Shown here piece after piece: positions 57,970 to 64,000 of a stretch of DNA of 64,000 bases; position 1 is the first letter of the stretch, and each line of letters opens with the position of its first letter. The translations under genes were made by a program, and so were the position numbers. Under the pieces are notes generated by a model. That model did no database searches. It saw only the letters and a program-made list of their open reading frames with translations, and was not told where the DNA came from. Source of the stretch: Candidatus Omnitrophota bacterium (GTDB lineage: Bacteria > Omnitrophota > Gorgyraeia > B26-G9); assembly GCA_043826565.1 (NCBI GenBank), contig JBDRPX010000007.1, forward strand, positions 9,412 through 73,411, read 5' to 3'.

Positions 57970-58366
57970 ATGATGGATAAATTAAAAAAAATACAGGTTT
58001 AGAGTTATAGCACCGGCTTATCCGGCATTTAATATCTATTCCAATATGGCATCCCGGACAACAGCCCTGGGGCCGGTGTATGCGGCAACTGCCGTTAATA
58101 AAATGAAGAAATGGGATTTGAATTTTCAGGAGGAGCGGTTTTTTGAAAAATTGCGGCCAGATAAATGGCTGGTGGGGGGGGTGGCAAGAAACACTGTTTT
58201 AAAAAATGATTTTAGAGGGGATTTATTCCTTAGCGCTGAAAGCCAGGATAATTTCAAGAATAAAGCCTTTAATGACGCAATAAGGTATTATGAAATAAAA
58301 GGGCTGGCGAGAACAATAAAGAGGCGGAATGATTGGCTTACGGCGTGGCAGATAAGGAACGAATGA
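57970..58366 (+). pseudogene. Probable gene relic (possibly the N-terminus of a B12/radical-SAM protein) frameshifted in an A8 run
   Basis: Removing one A from 57984-91 joins ATG 57970 to ...YRFRVIAPAYPAFNIYSNMASRTTALGPVYAATAV...; no CxxxCxxC follows. Confidence 0.4.
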
Positions 58367-58453
58367 TAGCTTGATACGACAGGATAAAAAAATGAGAAAA
58401 TAGAATCGCTTAAAACAAAGAAATTGCCTTGGGCAAATAATAGGGAGGGAAAT

Positions 58454-59026
58454 ATGAAGTATTTAATTATTTACGCGCATCCTAATCCGAAAAGTTTTAA
58501 TCACGCGGTTAAGGAGCATGTCGAGGCGGCATTAAAGAAGCAGGAAAAACAATATAGCTTGCGGGATTTGTATATGTTAAAATGGAATCCGGTTTTAGGC
58601 GGCGCGGATTTTAGCGTGATGCAGGGCGGCAAAATTCCAGAGGATATTAAAAAAGAACAACAGTGCGTTAAAGAAGCGGATGTGCTTATTATTATTCACC
58701 CGATCTGGTGGTTTGGCATGCCGGCGGTTCTTAAAGGATATATTGACCGGGTTTTTTCCGCGGGATTCGCGTATGCATACGGCCCGGAAGGCATCAAAGG
58801 CCTTTTACCCAACAAAAAAGTAGTGATCATTAATACCACCGGCGGAACCGAAGACACTTATTTAAAATTAGGGTTCAAAGACGCGCTGATAAAGATTTTT
58901 AAAAACGGGATTTATGAGTTTTGCGGGATGAAGGTACTTTTGCACAAATTCTTCTATGCAGTACCGGCCATATCTCAAGAGGCCCGGATAGAAATGCTCA
59001 AGGAAATAGATGGGTTGGAATTTTAA
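58454..59026 (+). CDS. NAD(P)H dehydrogenase (quinone), flavodoxin-2 family
   Basis: YAHPNPKSFN, PIWWFGMPAVLKGYIDRV, TTGG. Confidence 0.9.
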   Translation: MKYLIIYAHPNPKSFNHAVKEHVEAALKKQEKQYSLRDLYMLKWNPVLGGADFSVMQGGKIPEDIKKEQQCVKEADVLIIIHPIWWFGMPAVLKGYIDRVFSAGFAYAYGPEGIKGLLPNKKVVIINTTGGTEDTYLKLGFKDALIKIFKNGIYEFCGMKVLLHKFFYAVPAISQEARIEMLKEIDGLEF

Positions 59027-59038
59027 TGGAGCCTGGCA

Positions 59039-59725
59039 ATGGATAATAAAGACTATTACGCGATTTTAAAAGTAAGCGAGGGGGCAACCAGCGAGCAGAT
59101 AAAATCCGCTTATCGCAAACTTGCCCTGAAACATCATCCGGATAGATGCCCGGAAGAAAAGAAAAAAGAAGCGGCGGAGAAGTTTAAGGAAATTTCCGCG
59201 GCATATTATGTTTTGGGTGACGCGAAAAGGCGCAAAGAATATGATGATTATAAAAAAGGCGCTTATGAGTTTAGGGGCGGGCAGGGGCCTGAAGATTTTG
59301 CTTCGCAAACAGGATTTGATTTTGAAGATCTGATGAAACATTTTCAGGGCAGTACCGGCCGCAAGGCTTCTGCGCAAAGCAGCGGAAGAAGATATTTCTC
59401 TTTTGATGACTTATCGGATATTTTTCAGGGGATGCATTCTGTGGGTGAGGACCAGCCCGGTGATGCTTATACAGCGTATCAGTTTAATGACAGCATCAGC
59501 CGGAAAAAACATGATACCGATACCTATGCCCAAATAAAAATTCCGCGAAATATCGCGCAAAGCGGCGGCGAAGTTAAAGTTAAAATAAGCCGGCTAAAAA
59601 CAATCAGTCTGAAAATAAATCCCGGGACAAAGAACGGCCAGAAATTAAGATTAAAAGGAATGGGAGAAATGTGCCCGACTTGTGACCATAAGGGAGACTT
59701 AATCGTTTCCGTACATTATGCATAA
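59039..59725 (+). CDS. DnaJ-domain protein (CbpA-like, short)
   Basis: [21 protein letters not shown] region, [10 protein letters not shown]. Confidence 0.88.
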   Translation: MDNKDYYAILKVSEGATSEQIKSAYRKLALKHHPDRCPEEKKKEAAEKFKEISAAYYVLGDAKRRKEYDDYKKGAYEFRGGQGPEDFASQTGFDFEDLMKHFQGSTGRKASAQSSGRRYFSFDDLSDIFQGMHSVGEDQPGDAYTAYQFNDSISRKKHDTDTYAQIKIPRNIAQSGGEVKVKISRLKTISLKINPGTKNGQKLRLKGMGEMCPTCDHKGDLIVSVHYA

Positions 59726-59746
59726 ACAATAATATGATTGGTAAAG

Positions 59747-59944
59747 ATGGAAAAAAGAATAATTGAATTAGAAAAGAAAATATCTTTTCAGGATCATGAA
59801 ATCGCAAAATTAAATGAAGTGGTTACAGAGCATCAGAAAAAGATCAATGAACTTGAGAAAATTGTTGAACGGTTAAGAGAACAGCAGGGGGGCGCGGGGC
59901 TGGTTAGGGATATTGAGAATGAAGATCCTCCGCCGCATTACTAA
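59747..59944 (+). CDS. slyX: SlyX family protein
   Basis: RIIELEKKISFQ...LNEVV, C-terminal PPPHY. Confidence 0.9.
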   Translation: MEKRIIELEKKISFQDHEIAKLNEVVTEHQKKINELEKIVERLREQQGGAGLVRDIENEDPPPHY

Positions 59945-60168
59945 TGTTACCGGATAAAGACTACTTATTAAAACTTGCCCGGACCAAAATGCCGTTTGGT
60001 AAATATAAAGGCCGATTGCTTATCGATCTGCCGGAACCTTATATTGTCTGGCTTTCTCAAAAAGGTTTTAAAAACGATACTCTGGGGAAAATGCTTCAGA
60101 GTGTTTATGAAATAAAACTTAATGGGCTGGAATACTTATTTGAGCCTCTGCGTTTGAAACAGAGGTAA
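59944..60168 (+). CDS. DUF3820 family protein
   Basis: MPFGKYKGRLLIDLPEPY, EIKLNGLE. Confidence 0.88.
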   Translation: MLPDKDYLLKLARTKMPFGKYKGRLLIDLPEPYIVWLSQKGFKNDTLGKMLQSVYEIKLNGLEYLFEPLRLKQR

Positions 60169-60288
60169 TTTAAAAATATAGGAAGTCCGGGCGCCAAAAG
60201 GATGCGCCACGGACATAATTCGCAGACGACCTAAAGGTCTATAATTTACGTGACCGTAAAGTATCTGCTCATTGAAGGAGGGGAATTT

Positions 60289-61104
60289 ATGGGAGATATG
60301 ATGGATAAAATATATGGATATCTGGCGCAGTATGGATTAAGTGTTATCGCGGCAATAATAATTTTTGTTTTCGGTAAATGGCTGGCGCATAAGCTTGCCG
60401 GTTTTGTAGAAAAAATAATGCTAAAAGCGAATGTGGATAAAACTTTGGCCTCTTTTTCCAAGAACCTGACTTATGTGGCTTTACTTGTTTTTGTGATTAT
60501 CGCCGCTTTAGGTAAATTAGGGGTTCAGACCACTTCTTTTATCGCGGTCATCGGCGCGTCGGGATTAGCCGTAGGCTTGGCTTTGCAGGGGGCGCTTTCA
60601 AACTTTGCCGCGGGGGTCTTGATCATTCTGTTCAGGCCTTTTAAGGTGGGTGATTTTATTCAGGCGGGAGGAGTTACGGGTACAGTCGCGGAGATACAGA
60701 CATTTACGACGATCTTATACGCACTGGATAATCGGAAAGAGATCGTACCCAACGCGCAGATAACCAGCGCGACGATAACTAATTTTAGTGATGTTGATAA
60801 ACGTCGTGTGGACCTGGTTTTCGGGATCTCTTATACTGATAATATAAAAACAGCGAAAGATGTTTTAATGGAGATCGCTAAAGCTGACCCCAGAGTATTA
60901 AAGGACCCGGCTCCGGTTATTGCGGTGTCCGAATTAGGCGATAGCAGTGTAAGCCTGGTCTGCCGTCCTTGGGTTAAGCCGTCGGATTATTGGGTGGTGT
61001 ATTTTGATATGCTGGAAAAAGGAAAACTGGAATTGGAAAAGAAGGGGATTACTATCCCTTTTCCTCAAAGAGATGTGCATATTTATGAGGAAAAAAAACA
61101 ATAA
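60289..61104 (+). CDS. mscS: Small-conductance mechanosensitive channel
   Basis: GLAVGLALQGALSNFAAG, RPFKVGD, VPN, RRVDL, IPFPQRDVH. Confidence 0.92.
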   Translation: MGDMMDKIYGYLAQYGLSVIAAIIIFVFGKWLAHKLAGFVEKIMLKANVDKTLASFSKNLTYVALLVFVIIAALGKLGVQTTSFIAVIGASGLAVGLALQGALSNFAAGVLIILFRPFKVGDFIQAGGVTGTVAEIQTFTTILYALDNRKEIVPNAQITSATITNFSDVDKRRVDLVFGISYTDNIKTAKDVLMEIAKADPRVLKDPAPVIAVSELGDSSVSLVCRPWVKPSDYWVVYFDMLEKGKLELEKKGITIPFPQRDVHIYEEKKQ

Positions 61105-61192
61105 TGTTTTTTGCTTCTTCCCTTGACAATTTCTGCTTTTTTGTTAGAATAGCACAACCTTAAAATAGAGTTCGAATAAGAAAGCTGAAAAT

Positions 61193-63028
61193 ATGTTAAA
61201 TCAAAAAAGAAGAAAAGATGTAAGAAATATCGCGATCATCGCGCATGTTGATCATGGGAAAACTACCTTAGTAGATGCTCTTCTGAAATATACCGGTGCG
61301 CATGATTTTAAAGCGGGCGAGATCGCGATCATGGATTCAAACCCTCTGGAAAAAGAAAGAGGGATAACGATCCTCTCTAAAAACGCCTCTCTCCAATATA
61401 AAGGAGTACAAGTCAATCTTGTCGATACTCCCGGCCATGCTGATTTCGGCAGTGAGGTCGAACGTATCCTGAAAATGGTCGACGGCGTGCTTCTGCTTGT
61501 TGATGCTTTTGAAGGGCCCATGCCGCAGACTAAATTTGTTTTAAAGAAATCACTGGAGCTGCATCTAAAACCGATACTGGTAATAAATAAACTTGATCGT
61601 CCCTCTGCCCGTCCGGATGAAGTCGCGGATATGACCTTTGATCTTTTTTGTGATTTGAACGCGACGGATGAACAGCTTGATTTTCCGATCGTGTATGCTT
61701 CCGGAAAAGACGGTTACGCGATGATTGATCTTGATGAGCCGAGAGAATCCATGAAGCCTCTTTTAGAAACTATCCTGCATCGGGTATTACCGCCGATAGC
61801 TAATCCGGAGCTGCCGTTTCAGATGCTCGTGACCATGCTTGATTATGATTCTTATGTTGGCAGAATCGCCATCGGCCGGATTTTTTACGGAACTGTTCGT
61901 GTCGGTGATCCGGTGGCCCTAGTCAAGCGTAACGGAACAATTAGTAAAGGCAAAGCTACTAAGATCATGAAGTATCGCGGTTTAATCCGCGTGGAAGTTG
62001 ATGAAGCTATCGCCGGAGATATTATTTTGATTTCCGGAATAGAAGATGTCGAAGTCGGAGAGACGCTGGCGTGTATTAATGAGCCCAAAGGATTGCCGGC
62101 GATCAAAATAGATGAGCCGACGATATCCATGAATTTTTCTCACAATACCAGCCCGCTTGCCGGTAAGGACGGCGGACGATTTTTAACTTCACGGCATATC
62201 CGGGAACGGCTTACACACGAGGCCATGATCAATGTAGGTATTAAAGTTGAGGATGTCGCGGGAACCGAGCGGTTAAAAGTTTCCGGCCGGGGAGAATTGC
62301 ATCTGGCGATCCTTATTGAAACAATGCGCCGGGAAGGATATGAGATGGAGGTTTCCCGTCCGCGGGTTATTTTAAAAAAAATGGGAAGTCAGATACTTGA
62401 ACCGGTGGAAGAGGTTGTGATTGAGGTTGAAGAAGAGTATCAGGGCGCGGTTATGCAGGCCTTGGGCGCGCGCAAAGCGCAAATACGCGAATTAAAAACA
62501 ACATCTACGGGTACGAGCCGTTTGGAATTTATTATTGCTTCCCGGGCTTTGATCGGATTCAGAAGTGATTTTTTGATGATGACCCGGGGCAGCGGAGTAA
62601 TGTATCAAAATTTCCTGGAATATCAGACATATAAAGGAGAACTGCCCAGCCGGCAAAGCGGGGTGCTTATTTCTCATGGAGACGGCGATGCCGTGGCTTA
62701 TGCCTTATATAATTTGCAGGCGCGCGGTGAGATCTTTGTTAAACCCGGAGAAAGATTATATGAGGGCATGATCGTGGGAGTGAACAATAAAGGAGTCGAT
62801 CTGGTGGTCAATGCTTTAAAGGGAAAGAAATTGACGAATATGCGTGCTTCCGGAAGTGATGACGCGATTTCATTGATCCCGCCTCGCCAAATGACCCTGG
62901 AAGTTGCTCTGGAATTTATTGAAGATGATGAATTGGTGGAGATAACTCCCAAACATATCCGGCTTCGGAAATTAGATCTAACCGAAGTAGCTCGTAAGCG
63001 GGTTACCCGCGGCGCGCAGTCAAAATAA
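61193..63028 (+). CDS. typA: Translational GTPase TypA/BipA
   Basis: AHVDHGKTT, ERGITI, DTPGHADF, GRGELHL, KKLTNMRASG. Confidence 0.96.
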   Translation: MLNQKRRKDVRNIAIIAHVDHGKTTLVDALLKYTGAHDFKAGEIAIMDSNPLEKERGITILSKNASLQYKGVQVNLVDTPGHADFGSEVERILKMVDGVLLLVDAFEGPMPQTKFVLKKSLELHLKPILVINKLDRPSARPDEVADMTFDLFCDLNATDEQLDFPIVYASGKDGYAMIDLDEPRESMKPLLETILHRVLPPIANPELPFQMLVTMLDYDSYVGRIAIGRIFYGTVRVGDPVALVKRNGTISKGKATKIMKYRGLIRVEVDEAIAGDIILISGIEDVEVGETLACINEPKGLPAIKIDEPTISMNFSHNTSPLAGKDGGRFLTSRHIRERLTHEAMINVGIKVEDVAGTERLKVSGRGELHLAILIETMRREGYEMEVSRPRVILKKMGSQILEPVEEVVIEVEEEYQGAVMQALGARKAQIRELKTTSTGTSRLEFIIASRALIGFRSDFLMMTRGSGVMYQNFLEYQTYKGELPSRQSGVLISHGDGDAVAYALYNLQARGEIFVKPGERLYEGMIVGVNNKGVDLVVNALKGKKLTNMRASGSDDAISLIPPRQMTLEVALEFIEDDELVEITPKHIRLRKLDLTEVARKRVTRGAQSK

Positions 63029-63053
63029 AGTTACACCTATTTTTTAAATCTAG

Positions 63054-63154
63054 TTGACAAATTGAGTAAAGTAGAGCATACTTAATTCAGTAGTAAATAA
63101 GGGAAACGGAGTCTTAGCCCGCAAGGTCAAAGAAGATTTGGCTTGCGGTTTTTT
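63054..63154 (+). promoter_or_regulatory. csp promoter followed by a leader hairpin with U-tract (possible attenuator)
   Basis: TTGACA 63054-59, 17 bp, CATACT 63077-82; CCGCAAGGTCAAA...TTTGGCTTGCGG-TTTTTT at 63119-63154. Confidence 0.6.
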
Positions 63155-63202
63155 GTTTCTGCCGTTATTTGCTATAATTTCGGCAAAGGAGGTGTAGTAG
63201 AT

Positions 63203-63403
63203 ATGGCAAAAGGAACAGTGAAATGGTTTAATAACTCAAAAGGTTATGGGTTTATTACTACTGAGGCAGGCAGTGATGTTTTTGTGCATCATGGTGCAAT
63301 TCAGGGTGAAGGTTATAAATCACTAGATGAAGGACAGCAGGTTGAATTTGAAGTTCAGCAGGGCCCGAAAGGTGAACAAGCTGTAAATGTAGTGAAGTTA
63401 TAA
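63203..63403 (+). CDS. cspA: Cold-shock protein
   Basis: GTVKWFN, KGYGFI (RNP1), VFVH (RNP2); SD AAGGAGG. Confidence 0.93.
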   Translation: MAKGTVKWFNNSKGYGFITTEAGSDVFVHHGAIQGEGYKSLDEGQQVEFEVQQGPKGEQAVNVVKL

Positions 63404-63426
63404 CGTAGTTCTTAAGGAGAGATGTT

Positions 63427-63630
63427 ATGCATAAAGGAAAAATTAATAAAGTGGTTCGGGATAGGGGTTTCGGTTTTATTGATGATACCGACGGCCGGCA
63501 ATTGTTCTTTCATCAGAGCAGTCTTGTCGGGGTTGGTTTTGATGATCTGCTTGGAGATGAAGAAGTTGAGTTTGAAGTGGAAACTTCTCCCAAAGGGCCG
63601 CGTGCGATTAATGTAAATATTACAAAATAA
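63427..63630 (+). CDS. Cold-shock domain protein (second, divergent)
   Basis: RGFGFI, LFFH, KGPRAINV. Confidence 0.9.
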   Translation: MHKGKINKVVRDRGFGFIDDTDGRQLFFHQSSLVGVGFDDLLGDEEVEFEVETSPKGPRAINVNITK

Positions 63631-63685
63631 AGGCAGTTATCAGCCTTAATTGAAACGTCTGCAGATCGGCAGACAAGGAGGAAAC

Positions 63686-63868
63686 ATGGGATACAGACAA
63701 GGTGGCAGTGGTGGTAGCGGTGGTGGATATGGCGGGCGTCCGCGAGAAATGCACAAAGCGACATGCGCAGAATGCAAAAAAGAATGTGAAGTTCCTTTCA
63801 AACCAAGCGGAGACCGTCCGGTATACTGCAAGGAATGCTTTTCTAAGAATAGAGACAGCAGCCGTTAA
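63686..63868 (+). CDS. CxxC-x17-CxxC domain protein, 60 aa
   Basis: Gly-rich N-terminus, REMHKATCAEC-x17-CKEC; SD AAGGAGG. Confidence 0.9.
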   Translation: MGYRQGGSGGSGGGYGGRPREMHKATCAECKKECEVPFKPSGDRPVYCKECFSKNRDSSR

Positions 63869-63903
63869 TAAGTAAAGGGAGCAACAAACATTTAATAAGA
63901 GTG

Positions 63904-63938
63904 AAAACATGGAGTCCGAATGGACTCCATGTTTTTTT
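63904..63938 (+). terminator. Intrinsic terminator of the csp-csp-CxxC operon
   Basis: AAAACATGGAGTCC-GAAT-GGACTCCATG-TTTTTTT. Confidence 0.85.
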
Positions 63939-64000
63939 ATGGTAAGTTTGCCGGGTTTGTGCAAGCTTAATAACAGATAGGTGCTTTGTTGTTTTAAAAG

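Overview
A 64-kb, fairly AT-rich, gene-dense bacterial chromosome segment, mostly on the + strand. I found no rRNA, intact tRNA, CRISPR array or intact mobile element. Gene content suggests an anaerobic diderm, possibly Candidatus Omnitrophota; this is inference from several CxxC-x17-CxxC proteins, an Ehr complex and short palindromic insertions. Main blocks: (i) a minus-strand GT4/GH130 glycan cluster (4.0-10.0 kb); (ii) an HTH-PTS IIA regulator heading an Ehr (NiFe-less hydrogenase-4-like) membrane complex (13.3-21.3 kb); (iii) scattered RNA-metabolism and chaperone genes (RlmM-, RlmK- and RsmH-like methyltransferases, a DEAD-box helicase, htpG, tex, typA, two cold-shock proteins); (iv) a Gld-type ABC transporter; (v) an ~18-kb stress island (40.0-57.9 kb). 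The island starts with a soluble LOV-like histidine kinase lacking the photoactive Cys and a FixJ-like regulator. The best candidate for an undescribed system is in this island: an 18-bp dyad, ATTRTAC-CCAR-GTACAAT, sits at the same position, overlapping the -35 element by one base, in three sigma70-type promoters. These precede mlaEFD-pqiC, a regulator/osmY/small-membrane-protein/GH/GT/treT/cls run, and a micro-protein plus mscS, which suggests a two-component-driven osmotic or general-stress regulon. The window also holds unannotated Lys-rich micro-ORFs, operator palindromes, leader terminators, heptameric inverted repeats and possible tRNA-att relics. Family assignments are from motif recognition only; no database search was run.
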